Below are positions 35,641-47,797 of a stretch of DNA of 64,000 bases, one piece after another. A program made the position numbers and the translations under genes. The stretch is taken from positions 115,260,001-115,324,000 of the forward strand of contig NC_086108.1 in NCBI RefSeq assembly GCF_963921235.1, in the 5' to 3' direction. The stretch comes from Mobula hypostoma. Lineage: Eukaryota. The number at the start of each line of letters is the position of its first letter. The first letter of the stretch is position 1. The notes beneath the pieces are model-generated. The model worked only from the letters and a program-made list of their open reading frames with translations, made no database searches and was not told the origin of the DNA.

Positions 35641-36487
35641 CGAGGGGTGCGTGTTTGGCCCCGAGTCAGGGGTTAAAGGTGGGGAGGGTTTTTATGTAGG
35701 TGGAGCCGGAGCTCTACCTAATAATAATAAGAATACGAATTGCCGCTGCCAAAACCAACTTCCAAAACATGAAACCCATTTTTATCAACAGACAACAAGG
35801 CTTAGGCGACTAGAATGTTAAAGCTAGTCAATCTTGCTGTATACTTCCGCAACATGGAAGATTGAGCATATTTAGAATTGCCGGAACCATCGGGGCCCAC
35901 TCGGGCTCGGAGGCACGGGGTGACAGCACTGCGCCTTGCCATGCAGACTCCCCTCTGGCTGTCCCCCACTCCCGTGCCACCAGCCGTGGAAGTCGTGGTC
36001 GGACACATGGCGGGTGGCGGTGAGGGCCGGGTTCAGGTGGCGGCCTGGGAAGCGAAATCGAAGAAGAAGCACCTGAAGGCTTCTCCCCCAGAGAAGGGGC
36101 AGCTTGTTGCAGTTGGACCGAGTCCGGAGAGTCCCGTGGCTCCGAAATCCAGGAGAGCCTGGGAAGGGCGGGTCAGTGGGAGCGGCGGGGGAGGATGAGG
36201 GAGTGCCAGAGGCTGAGGGTGCCTCTGCGATGGAGGTCAGCGTGCCTCAGCATATCTGCGCTTCACGCGGCAGGGGATATGACCCTCAGGCTGGGGATCA
36301 AGAGCATCTCGAGCAGAAGGATTTACCCCGGCAAAGGCCGCATGTGCGGAGTATGGTCCCGCTGAGCTGCAGGACAGCTCTGTGGTACTGGGGTCCTCTG
36401 ACGGGTAGACAGCTCCTGAACATCCATCCCCCGAGCTGGTGAGCGGCACCGCTGCAGAAGGGATATCTGAGGAGGTGGACTTTCCCT

Positions 36488-36868
36488 GCGGGAACGGGAC
36501 GGTGAGGGTGTGGACTGGGGTGAGTGTGGGAACGGGACGGTGAGGGTGGGAACTTGGGTGAGTGTGGGAACGGGACGGCGAGTGTGGGAACGGGACGGTG
36601 AGGGTGGGGACTTGGGTGAGTGTGGGAACGGGACGGTGACGGTGAGGACTGGGGTGAGTGTGGGAACGGGACGGTGAGGGTGAGAACTGGGGTGAGTGTG
36701 GGAACGGGACGGTGAGGGTGAGGACTCGGGTGAGTGCGGGAACGGGACGGTGAGGGTGAGGACTGGGGTGAGTGTGGGAACGGGACGGTGAGGGTGAGGA
36801 CTGGGGTGAGTGTGGGAACGGGACGGTGAGGGTGAGGTCTGGGGTGAGTGTGAGAACGGGACAGGTGG
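36488..36868. repeat. 38-bp G-rich minisatellite, ~10 copies, inside Tx1 ORF1
   Basis: Unit GGGAACGGGACGGTGAGGGTGAGGACTGGGGTGAGTGT (starts at 36662, 36700, etc.). Confidence 0.95.
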
Positions 36869-37560
36869 GGTGGTGTCTGACCTGCTGCTGATTGATGGAC
36901 GGACCTGCCTGTGGGCATGCGGTCGATCCTCGCCATCCTTAGAAAGAAGGGCAGGGATTCGGAAGTGATTGGGACGGAGCGAGTCTGTTTCAGGAAGTTC
37001 CTGAACGCCCTGTTAGGAGTGTACAGGCTCCGGGGAAGGAGGGCAGCTCCCGCTGACCATGGCGTTGGCAAGTAGATGTAGCACAACCATGAAAGTCGCA
37101 GTAGCGAGGATGAATATCGATGGTGACCGGGGGTCTGACCACAGGTTCCATCATCTCTTGGTCCTCAGTGAACAGAGCTATGCTGTGAGTTCCCGCACGA
37201 ATCACACACCTTTCCGGGAGACGAACCCATTTGGCTCCTAGGTTGGTGTGAGGGGGTCTAAATGAGTCACCCAGCTCCATTTCAAGCTGGGTGACGATAC
37301 TGTTGGCCCCAAACCACCAGCCGGAGATAGTGAATGTAAACGAGTTCGAGCCAGGCCGCCTGCTGCGTCTGGCTGTGCGCTCGGATGGTGTACCGTCACC
37401 GTGTGCGCCCCTGAGCCCGGCCCGATGCAGGCGCGCTCGTTTTGAGAGATAGCTGTGCTGTTGGCTGCATTGACGGAGGCGAGTGCGTTGCCTCAGGAAG
37501 GATTTTAACTGTACATGGAAGAGAGAGATCGCTCTGGTCCTCAGGGAAGTTGAACGTCAG

Positions 37561-38757
37561 TGTCACAGTGGTGGCATTGGGGGCAAGGGTGGACCCAAAT
37601 GCAAGACACATCTTGTGAGGTTAAGTAAATTGAGTTTATTGTTTGATACCAGGAGAGCAAAGCAGAAGCAGGAATAGCGAACTGGGCAAAGACTCAGGAC
37701 TACGACTAGGCTGGGACTAGGGGTCTGGGCTAGGATTCGGAATTGGATCCCAGAACTAGCTGCGACATGAAGAGGCCACGGTATGGACTCCCAGCCAGAG
37801 ATTGGGCAAGGACCCAGTACCTGGATCTTGCCCCAGGCTCAGACCCCAGAACCAGGCAGTGACATGACATGGGCCAGGGAGAGGAGGAACATGGAAAAAC
37901 AGAGCCTCAGTCTCAGGAGAGCAGGTACATGGAACCATGGACACATACACAGAACAGAGAACGAGGACCGCTCCTTGGGTACAGAACATAGGGCCAGGAC
38001 TCATGACACCCCACGGGGCAACGGCAAGACGGCCTGACTTACCCCACAGAGGCAAGGACAAGACAAGACCAACACAAAAGAACACCAGACAGTACCTATC
38101 TAGCTCAGGCAATAGAACTAGACCGAGGTGCAGGTGAGGGCTAGAGGCGAGAAGGGCAGAGAAGAGATTCAGACGGCGGGGGGGGGGGGGTAGGACAGGA
38201 ATCAGACCACCAGGGACGGGACTTGACTCGACTCGACTCAGTACGTGGATGCTACCAGGACCAGGACTTGACTCAGTACGTGGATGCCGCCAGGGACGGG
38301 ACTTGACTTGGTACCTGACTCGGTACCTTCGGGTAGTGGCGAGCTCTCGACTCAGCCTGAGAACAGTCGACAGCGGTTCCTGATTCCCTCCGGCAGGTTA
38401 CCTGACGGACCCACCTCGGTGAGGAAAATTTGCAGGCTCGCTTTGGCGAGGTAACTTGACAGGGTTACTCCGGTGAGGAAAGGTGAATTACCGGCACTCG
38501 CTTCAGGTGGAGACTAGGCTTGCTCCGGCCAGATGACATTGGCACGCTGCACCTTGGTGACTTTGCAAACACTCCCGCACCAAACGGCTGAAAGCCGGAG
38601 ACTATAAACTACCGGTTCAGCCGAGAGTAAATTGCCTCTAATCACCAAGGCCGAGGGACACGGGAAAACAGGGAATCAAAGGGAAACAGGGAGTCAACGG
38701 TCCAGATCGTAACATAAACAAAGTAAATTTAAAGGAACCCCGATCCGGACCATGACA
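37561..38757 (-). mobile_element. Solo LTR (1197 bp) with 5-bp TSD
   Basis: Termini TGTCA...TGACA; GTCAG at 37556-37560 and 38758-38762; minus-strand AATAAA near 37635; no pol remnants; Tx1 endonuclease coding sequence continues across it. Confidence 0.88.
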
Positions 38758-41309
38758 GTCAGTGCAGCCGTTGAGGGAGTTAATTGGATATTTTGATTTG
38801 TTTGACATCTGCATCCTCCATTTTACGGGGTGATGGGAGGAAGGGGAGGTTTTCCACTCGACCAGCTGAGTGCTTTCAGAGCAAAGGTCTCCGGTGTGTC
38901 AGCAGTCTGTACGTGGCCGTTGTTGATCTCGGACCACCCCCTGATTTGGGAGGAGCTTAACTCGCCGCCTACGTGAGTGTGGGCTGCATACAGGGACTCC
39001 CAGAGCCGGTTGCTGGCAAAGCTCATGTGCGACTCTTTTGCAAGGAATACGTGCAAGGATTGATCAAGAAGCGGGTGTCCCAGATCCAGCGGGTTGAGAA
39101 AGAGCTGCTTGATCTGGAGTCTCAGATGACCCCATTCACAGGGCCCCACTCCTTTGGCAGAGGTACAGGGGAAGAAGGAAGTGCTGGGGGACCTGGAGCT
39201 GAAGGGGTCCTTCAGAGGGATCAAGCTGTTACAAGATCTTGACCGTGCCTCACCCTTCTATTACTCTGTGGAGGAGTGGAGAGGTGCGCAGGCAACCTGT
39301 GGCAGAAGATGTCTCCTCCCTCACGGATCCAGAGAGAATGATCCATGAAGTTCACTCTCTGGACCCGTCATGTTGACTGGAATTCCTCAGGGCCTTCTGG
39401 ACGTTCTGGGTGCTGACTACGCCAGGGTCTTGGGTGCAAGCCTGGCAACAGGTGAGATGCCCCTCTCTGGCTGTAAGGTGGTCGTGGTCCTGCTGCCAAA
39501 GAAGGGAGATCTTCACCACCTGACGAATTGGTGCCTGGTGTTTCTCCTGTGCACCAGATATAAGATCTTTGCCTGGACTACGGCAAATTGCCTGGGGTCT
39601 GCAGTGTTCCAAATGACCCACCCAGACCAGTTCTACAAGGACTCGGGCTGGCCCATTGAGGATAATACCACCTGATGCATCTGTCCTATGAGTCTGGGCC
39701 GTCAGTCACCATTCTCTCTCTCGATCAGGAGAAGATGTTTGTCATGACTACCTCCTCGGGACTCTGCACATGTGTGAACTCCGACCGCATTTTGTTCCCA
39801 TGTCCGTCTGCTGTTCGCTGCCGCCGAGTGCCTGATAAAGGTCAATGGCTCATTGACAGCACCATTTTGCTTTGGGGGGGGGGGGGAGGGCGAATCAGGG
39901 CTCCCAATGTTGGGGCATGTGTACTCTGTCTGCATACAGCCTTTTCTGTGCTTTCTTCGGAAGCGGTTGGCAGTCCGGCTCTGCGCAAGCTGGAGATGAA
40001 GGTAATTCTTTAGTTTATGCCGATGATCACCGACCCTGTTGGCCTACAGACGATGCAAGACTGCGAGCGGGTCTTGTCAGCCGCATCCTCTGTCAGGGTC
40101 AAGTGGAGAAAGTGTTCGGATCGACAGTGGGTCATGGAGGTGGGGGGACTCCCTGTCAGAGGAACTCAAGACCTTTTGCTTGGAGTACCACACACCTCCT
40201 CTTTCTGGGGATCTACCGAAATTCCACTGCGGAGACTTGGCTGGCGAACTGGCGGGACTTAGAGGCCAAAGTCTTTGCCCGGCTGGGAGGCTGGTCAGGT
40301 CTACTCCGCATCATCTTGTGCCAGCTGATAGCCTTCATTCTTTGGGACTGGTTTTGCAGAAGCTGGTCAGTCTATGTACCCAGCTGACAGCTCTCCGCCT
40401 CGGAACCCTGCAGAGATACATGTTCACTGAGCACCCTCTGAGGCGCCACGCACTGCCGACACACTTCTTTCACCAGGGGCACTGCCTTCAGGGTGGCATT
40501 CGGCTCCTGGCGGTGGGCATCAGTTGTGCCGCCATGTGGGAGCTGCTGGGTAGAGTCTCTGTTGGTCAGAAAACTTCCGCGCCGGCGGGGCGCAGCGTTT
40601 GGGCAGCAGGCGTGGTCGTTTTCCACCCCGTCACGTTGGGTGCAGGCGTGGCTCGGGGTGTAGGGTGATTGTGGCTGCACCAGACCCTACTTTTCTGGGG
40701 GTACTCGTGGGACCCAAACCCCGAGATCTCCTTCAGGAGCTGGTGCCACGCAGCATGAGCTGCCTCATGGAGATACTCAGCAAACCATTCTGTAACGTTC
40801 TGAGACAGTTCCTTAACCAGCTGCTCCCGCACACTTTTCAAAACATTGTCCTCTCTTGCCGTCTGGACACGCGTGGCGGTCTGTCTTATCACCAGGCAGT
40901 GAAGGGGGTCCCTAGTGGACGTCTCTCCATGCGGGTGTGTTTCCCCTGTACGTTGAGACCTGGGGTGGAGGGTGTTGCACAGGGCAGTACCGTGTAATAG
41001 ATTCCTGGGCAGGTTCACTGATACCCCGTCCACCTGTCCTTCCTCTGGACGGGAGGAGTCAGGTACCATGTCTACATGGAGCCCGAGGGGTTGCAGCCCC
41101 GGTTTGAATATCTGAAGGGGCTGCTCCTCTCGTTCTGGCTGCACTCCTGGTTTATGGGCACCCAGCATGTATGGTAACCCCCAACCTCTGTATGTCTATT
41201 CTATTTGAATGAAGTTTTGTAAAAGAGCAATATCTTGGGATATTGCTGTGTTTGTGGTGGCTGCTGTCTCCCAGAACAGTGACTCCATGTCACAAGACGC
41301 TTCACTTGG

Positions 41310-42640
41310 GAGATGAAGGGGTTTTTCGGAAATTGCAGGGAGGTTTTGGGAGTTGCGGGGGCTTTTGGGGAGTTGAGGGTTTTGGGGCATTACAGGGAGT
41401 TTAGGGCTTTGTTAGGACTTCGGAATATTGCAGAGGGGTTGGAGTGTTGTGGAGAGGTTCAGACATTGTGGGTGGGTTGGGGCATTTTGGGGAGGGTTGG
41501 GGCATTGTGGGGAGGGTTATGCTTTTGTGGGGCGGGTTAGAGCTTTTTGGGGAGGGCTGGGGCGTTTTGGGCGCATTGGGGTGTTGGGAAGTTTGGGTCG
41601 TGGGGGGTTTGGGTCATTGGGGAAGGTTTGAGTCGTTGGGGATGGTTTGGGTCATTGGAAGGTCAGGTAGTTGTGGGGCAGGTTGGGGCATTGGAGGAGG
41701 GTCAGGGCATTGGGTGTCCGGTCGGGGAGTTGGGGAAGGGTTGGGTCATTAGGGAAGGGTCAGGACGTTGTGGGGAGGGTGGGGGAGTTGGGGAAGAGTT
41801 TGATCATTGGTGGAGGGTCAGGGCGTTGGGAGGGTCGGGGCACTGGAGGAGGGTCAGAGCATTGTGGGGAGGGTCGGGTCATTGGGGGAGGGTCAGGGCA
41901 ATGTGGGGAGGGTTGGGGAGTTGGGGAAGGGTTCGGTCATTGGTGGAGGGTCGGGGCCTTGGGAGAGTCCGGGAGTTGGGGAGGGTCAGGACGTTGTGGG
42001 GAGGGTCTGGGAGTTGGGGAAGAGTTCAGCCATTGGCGGAGGGTTGGGGCGTTGGGAGGGTCGGGACATTGGGGGAGGGTCAGATCATTGGGGGAGAGTT
42101 GGGGAGGGACAGAACGTTGTGGGGAGGGTCTGGGAGTTGGGGAAGAGCTCAGTCATTGTGGGGAGGGTCAGAGCATTGTGGGGAGGGTCAGGGCATTGGG
42201 GGAGGGTCGGGGCATTGTCGGAGGGTCGCGGCATTGGGAGGGTCAGGACATTGGGGGAGGGTCAGGGCATTGGGGGAGGGTTGGGTCATTGGGGGAGGGT
42301 CGGGGAGTTGGGGGGGATCAGGACATTGTAGGGAGGGTCAGGGAATTATGGGGAGGGTTGGGTCTTTGGGGGAGGGTCCGGGAGTTGGGGAGGGTCAGGA
42401 CGTTGTGGGAAGGATCTGGGAGTTGGAGAAGAGTTTGGTCATTGGCGGAGGGTCGGGGCGTTGGGAGGGTCGGGGCATTGGGGGAGGGCCGGGTCATTGG
42501 GGGAGGGTTGGGTCATTGGGGGAGGGTCGGGAGTTGGGGGAGGGTTTGGCTGGGTTAGGGTTAGGGTTCGGTCATTGGGGCATTGTGGCAGTTTTGGGGT
42601 ATTGTGGGGTGGCTGGGTTGTTGCGGAGTTTTTGGGGCAT
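41310..42640. repeat. Degenerate G-rich simple satellite (GGGAGGGTCAGGGCATTGG-like, ~20-bp units)
   Basis: Extreme G/T strand bias with regular GGG runs. Confidence 0.9.
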
Positions 42641-43416
42641 TGTAGGGCACAGAATGTGTGGGTCTGAACCCTCAGAAACGGATGAACAGTGAAGCAGTCC
42701 AGTTTATTATCCCCATCCCCGAGAGAGAGCTTCCAGCTCCTGTGTGAGCACTTCATTTAATCATGCCAGGCAGGCCGGGAGAGGAGAGCGATGGGCCTGC
42801 CACTGGCCGTGTGTCCAACAATTCACGACAAATCATTTGGCGTTTATTTATTACTTATTGAGGGCTGGGAGATGAATTGGCCAGAGGGAACTGCCAGGAC
42901 TCGGGCTGCAAGTAGAAGAAGAGAGAGCCAATATTTCTGCAGTGATTTAAAATGAGAGGAGATGAAGATGACCGAGCTGGAGACTGTGGGGAGCCCAGAG
43001 GAATATCTTGTCATTATTTTGGCTCAGTTTTCCTTGTTATCTATTTGTACAGTCGGACCTGCTGGGCATGTCCCATGGCTTTGTAATTAGCAGCACATCA
43101 GAACATGGAACGATACAGCACTGACCAGGCAGGCCCTTCTGCCTTCCACGTTGTGCCAACGTACTCCACGATCAATTTCACCCTGCCCTCCATAACCCTC
43201 CACTTTGCTTGCATCCACATGGTAATCTAAGTTTGTTAAATATGCCTTTTGAACCTGGCTTTACCACCACCCCAGCAGGCACACACCACTCCCTGTGTAA
43301 AAACAGCTGCCTCTGCCCTCTCCCCTCGGCTTTCCATCACCCACCCGAAATGGAGGTGCTGTGGTGATGGCCACCTGCCTCCTGAGGAGAGGAGTGTGGG
43401 CTGCCCACTCTATCTT

Positions 43417-44990
43417 GTAGGAAAGATGTGGAAGCTTTAGAGAGGGTGCAGAGGAGATTTACCAAGATGCTGCCGGGATTAGGGAGCATGTCTTGTGAGG
43501 ATCAGTTAAGTGAGTTAGGACTTTCCTCTTTGGAGTGAAGGAGGATGAGAGGTGATGATAGAGACATTCAAGTTAAGAGGCACAGATTGAGTGGCCAGCC
43601 AGAGATGTTTTCCCAGGGCAGAAATGGCTACTTTGAGAGGGCATAATTTTAAGGTAATTGGAGGGAAGTATGGGGAGGCAGGGGGTGTCAGAGGTAAGAA
43701 AATGATTCCAGGATTGAACGGTTTGTCGTATGAAAAGCCTGGTTTAGTCTGATGGCTCTGCACCTGTATTTACTGGAATCCAGAACAATGAGGGGTGACC
43801 TTGTTGAAACTTATTGAATGGTGAAAGGCCTTGATAATGAGGATGTGGAGACGATGTTTCCTCTGGTGGGAGAGCCTAAGATCAGAGGACACAGCCTCAG
43901 AATAGAGTGGCATGCTTTTAGAATGGAGATGAGGAGGAATTTCTTTAGCCAACGAATGGCGCATCTCTGGAACTCTTTGCCGCAGGCAGCTGTGGAGGCC
44001 AAGTCTTTATGTATATTTAAGGCAGAGGTTGATAGATTCTTGATTGGTCAGGGCATGAAGGATACAGGGAGAAGGCAGGAGATTAGGGCTGAGAGGAAAA
44101 TTGGATTGTCCATGATGAATTGGCCAAGCAGACTCGATGGGCCCAATGGCCTAATTCTGCTACTGTACTTGATTGTCTATGATAAGTTCTTCACACAGAG
44201 AGTGGGGCATGTGTGAAACACACTGCTGGGATGGTGGTAGAGGCAGATACATTGAAACATAGAAAACCTACAGCACAATACAGGCCCTTCGGCCCACAAA
44301 GCTGTGCCGAACATGTCCCTACCTGAGAAATTACTAGGGTTACCCATAGCCCTCTATTTTTCTAAGCTCCATGTACCTATCCAAAAATCTCTTAAAAGAC
44401 CCTATCATATCCACCTCCACCTCGGTTGCCGGCAGCCCATTCCACGCACTCACCACTCTCTGAGTAAAAAACTTACCCCTGACATCTTCTCTGTACCTAC
44501 TCCCCAGCACCTTAAACCTGTGCCCTCTTGTGGCAACCATTTCAGCCCTGGGAGAAAGCCTCTGACTAGCCACACGATCAATACCCCTCATCATCTTATA
44601 CACCTCTATCAGGTCACGTCTCATCCTCCGTCGCTCCAAGGAGAAAAGGCCGAGTTCACTCAACCTATTCTCATAAGGCATGCTCCCCAATCCAGGCAAC
44701 AGCCTTGTAAATCTCCTCTGCACCCTTTCTATGGTTTCCACATCCTTCCTGTAGTGAGGCGACCAGAACTGAGCACAGTACTCCAAGTGGGGTCTGACCA
44801 GGGTCCTATACAGCTGCAATATTACCTCTTGGCTCCTAAATTCAATTCCACGATTGATGAAGGCCAATGCACCATGTGCCTTCTTTACATCAGGGACATT
44901 TAAGTGACTCTTAGATGGCACATGGATGATAGAAAAATGTAGGATTATGTGGGAGAGAAGGATTAGACTGATGTTGGTGATCTGTGTCTG
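43417..44990. mobile_element. Three nested CR1 3' fragments: host (+), insert B (+, ~43700-44180) and insert C (-, ~44254-44886)
   Basis: Host sequence resumes after each insert; TAAG flanks B and ACAT flanks C; ORFs 43818-44216 and 44340-44921 are CR1 C-termini. Confidence 0.85.
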
Positions 44991-45721
44991 AGCACAGATA
45001 GGTAGTTTGAAGTAAATTTATTATCAAAGTACATGGATGCCACCATATACAATCCTGAGATTCATTTTCTTGTGGGCATACTCAATAAATCCACAGTGGA
45101 ATAATAATCTCATAACTTTATATGTTTGTCAGGTCTCCCCCCTCAGCTCCAACATGCAAGAGAAAACAAGCTGAGCTCTTCCATCTATCACACACTCTTC
45201 AATCCAGGCAGTATCCCGGTGAACTTCTGCGCCTCTCCAAAGCATCTGCATCCTACCTGTAATAGAGCACAATACCCCAGTGCTGGCTCTCGATATATAG
45301 AACTATGAGATTAGTGATGTTGGCATCATCTTCAGCACATACATTGGGGCTGAACAGTCTGCTCTTGTGATATACTTTTCTGCATATATCTCTCCCAATG
45401 TGTTCAGTGAGTGCAGAGTGAGATTGAGATTAAGGAGCACTGTGCAGGCACTGACCCAGTCTGTGAAATTTCAACATTTAATCAGTAGAAATGTTGATAA
45501 AGGGGCTTTGTCAATACTTCTGTGAAAGCAGAGAAATATTCAACATGTTCCCAAGACAGATTGGGAAGAGATTCTCTGGAAGTGGGTAAGTCATTGTGGT
45601 TGTCCGGCCCACGACGAACTTGACTGTGAAGCCCAATGTAGACAAACACTGCTCCCAGCTGCAGTTGTCAAACAGCTCCTGTTCCCCACCACTTTCTGAT
45701 TGTTCACCCCTCTCACACACC

Positions 45722-45797
<76 letters not shown>
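45722..45797. repeat. (CAGA)n(CA)n compound microsatellite, followed by a minus-strand SINE (~45800-45930)
   Basis: Seen directly; SINE core GGATGTGGGAGGGAACTGGAGC..TGTGCAAACTCC..GGGATCGAAG. Confidence 0.9.
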
Positions 45798-45802
<5 letters not shown>

Positions 45803-46011
45803 AGGATGTGGGAGGGAACTGGAGCAGCCAGCGGAAAGCCACATGGTCACAGGGAGAATGTGCAAACTCCATATGGAAAGTGTCAGAGGTTGGGATCGAA
45901 GTCTGGAAGACAGCGCCCATTGTGCTGAGCCCAAATTTTAATCAGCCATAATCTTGTGAAATGGTGGTACTGGTTGATTCCTGTTTCTCTTTGTTCTGTT
46001 ATGTGGGGATG

Positions 46012-46630
46012 AAAACTATGCCCTCCCGTGCTAACGATTCCAGCCCTGGGAAAAAGCCTCTGACTATCCATACGATCAATGCCTCTCATTATCTTGTACA
46101 CCTCTATCAGGTCACCTCTCATCCTCTGTTGCTCCAAGGAGAAAAGGCCGAGTTCACTCAACCTATTCTCATAAGGCATGCTCCCCAATCCAGGCAACAT
46201 CCTTGTAAGTCTCCTCTGCACCCTTTCTATGGTTTCCACATCCTTCCTGTAGTGAGGCGACCAGAACTGAGCACAGTACTCTAAGTGGGGTCTGACTGGA
46301 GTCCTATACAGCTACAACATTACCTCTCGGCTCCCAAACTCAATCCCACGATTGATGAAGGCTAATACACCGTATGCCTTCTTAACCACAGAGCCAAACT
46401 GTGTAGCAGCTTTGAGTGTCTTATGGACTTGGATCCCAAGATCCCTCTGATCCTCCACAGTGCCAAGAGTCTTACCATTAATACTATATTCTGCCATCAT
46501 ATTTGACCTACCAAAATGAACCACTTCACTCCTATCTGTGTTGAATTCCATCTGTCACTTCTCAGCCCAGTTTTGCATCCTATCGATGTCCTGCTGTAAC
46601 CTCTGACAGCCCTCCATACTATCCACAACA
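46012..46630 (-). mobile_element. CR1 LINE fragment
   Basis: ORFs 46312-46551 and 45883-46239, near-identical in protein to the 4490-5508 copy. Confidence 0.9.
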
Positions 46631-47150
46631 TTATTACTCTGATCTGATGCAGCACAAAAAGATGAAGAACACAATAATAATGAAATAAATATCAATACAT
46701 AAGGTAGCTTCTGTACATAGATATAGTGACCATAAAGTGATGCTAGGCACAGGAGTCTCTGTACATAAGGTGACTCTGACAGGAAATGATAAAGTAGTGG
46801 TGGTTGGGGGTGTGGAGGGGTGGGTTACTGGGTGGAGGTGTTGATCAGTCTTACTGCTTGTGGAAAGTAACTGTTTTTGTATCTGGTGGTCCTGACAAGG
46901 ATGCTATGTAGCCTCCTCCCTGATGGGAGAGGGACAAACAGTCCATGAGCAGGCTGGGTAGGAATATTCATGACATTACTGGCCCTTTTCCAGCACCCTT
47001 CTGTATCTCCTTGATGACAGGTAGGCTAGTGCTGGTGCTTTGGTGATGTTCTGATGAAAAGTCATCAATCTGAAACGTTAGGTTTCTCTCCCCACAGATG
47101 CTGGCCAATCTGCTGAGTGTTTCCAGAATTTTCTGATGTACTTTCCAGAC
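46630..47150. mobile_element. Rex1/Babar-type 3' fragment (-) followed by a diverged hammerhead element (+, ~47047-47140)
   Basis: Similar to 2450-2890; then CTGATGA (47051-47057)..TGAAACGTT and CAGATGCTG..CTGCTGAGTGTTTCCAG. Confidence 0.7.
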
Positions 47151-47797
47151 CTTTGGCATTTGTGGGGCTATATTCTCTAACATTTAGAACAATCCAAGGT
47201 GTTTTCTTTGAACGATACAAAATCTGCCTGCAGCCGGACACTGGGGTGGGGTGTCTGTAACAGAATAAAAGGTTGGCTATTTGACAAACGAGGAGAGGTT
47301 TAATCACCCCAGAGCGGATAATCAATGGTATTTTCACCCTGATGGCTGTGAAGAGTCTGGAGATGGATGATTGGATGTGACGGTATGTCTGAGCTTTAGG
47401 ACTCACTTAAAACATCAACCATAGGTCACTGTGTGTCAGAGCTTATGATGGGCTGAACAGCCCATTAACTACTAACTGTTTTACTAAATACACTTTATCA
47501 GGACTACAATTACTTCACTCCCTTTGGGAGCTGCGATTTGGAACCATCTCTGTGACCTGGCTTTCTGGTGGTATCCCGAAGGATTTGGTGAACTGGACCC
47601 TGAAGGTATGGCTGCAGCACCCATTGCAGGAATGGACTTTAGGCTGGATTGAAAGGGCAGAATGTGGGCCCGAACCGAGAGTGAAAACTGAACTGATATT
47701 TAGCCAATTTAAGCACCAAGACAGGTTCAAAAGATTAAGGTGCAAGCCTGAGGACAAAGGATGAACCAGTGTTCATCTCACTGCTCTGTGAGACTTT

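Larger units (their letters stand above)
35870..41200 (+). mobile_element. Degraded Tx1-type non-LTR retrotransposon (ORF1 end + ORF2), interrupted by a minisatellite and a solo LTR
   Basis: ORF1 end DLPVGMRSILAILRKKG..FRKFL; ORF2 start MKVAVARMNIDG (37089), HESHTFPGDEPIWLLGW, DFNCT; after the LTR LLPKKGDLHHLTNW, SLDQEK, VYADD. Collinear with the 53.9-59.3 kb copy. Confidence 0.85.

Noticed and set aside
36298..37280. Minus-strand 262-aa and 96-aa ORFs as a novel gene
   Set aside because: They are antisense to the Tx1 ORF1/ORF2 junction and lengthened by the 38-bp minisatellite.
42552..42568. Interstitial telomere
   Set aside because: Only about two TTAGGG units inside a G-rich tract; expected by chance.
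41428..42756. Long Gly-rich ORFs (up to 381 aa)
   Set aside because: Artefacts of a stop-poor G-rich satellite, open in several frames.
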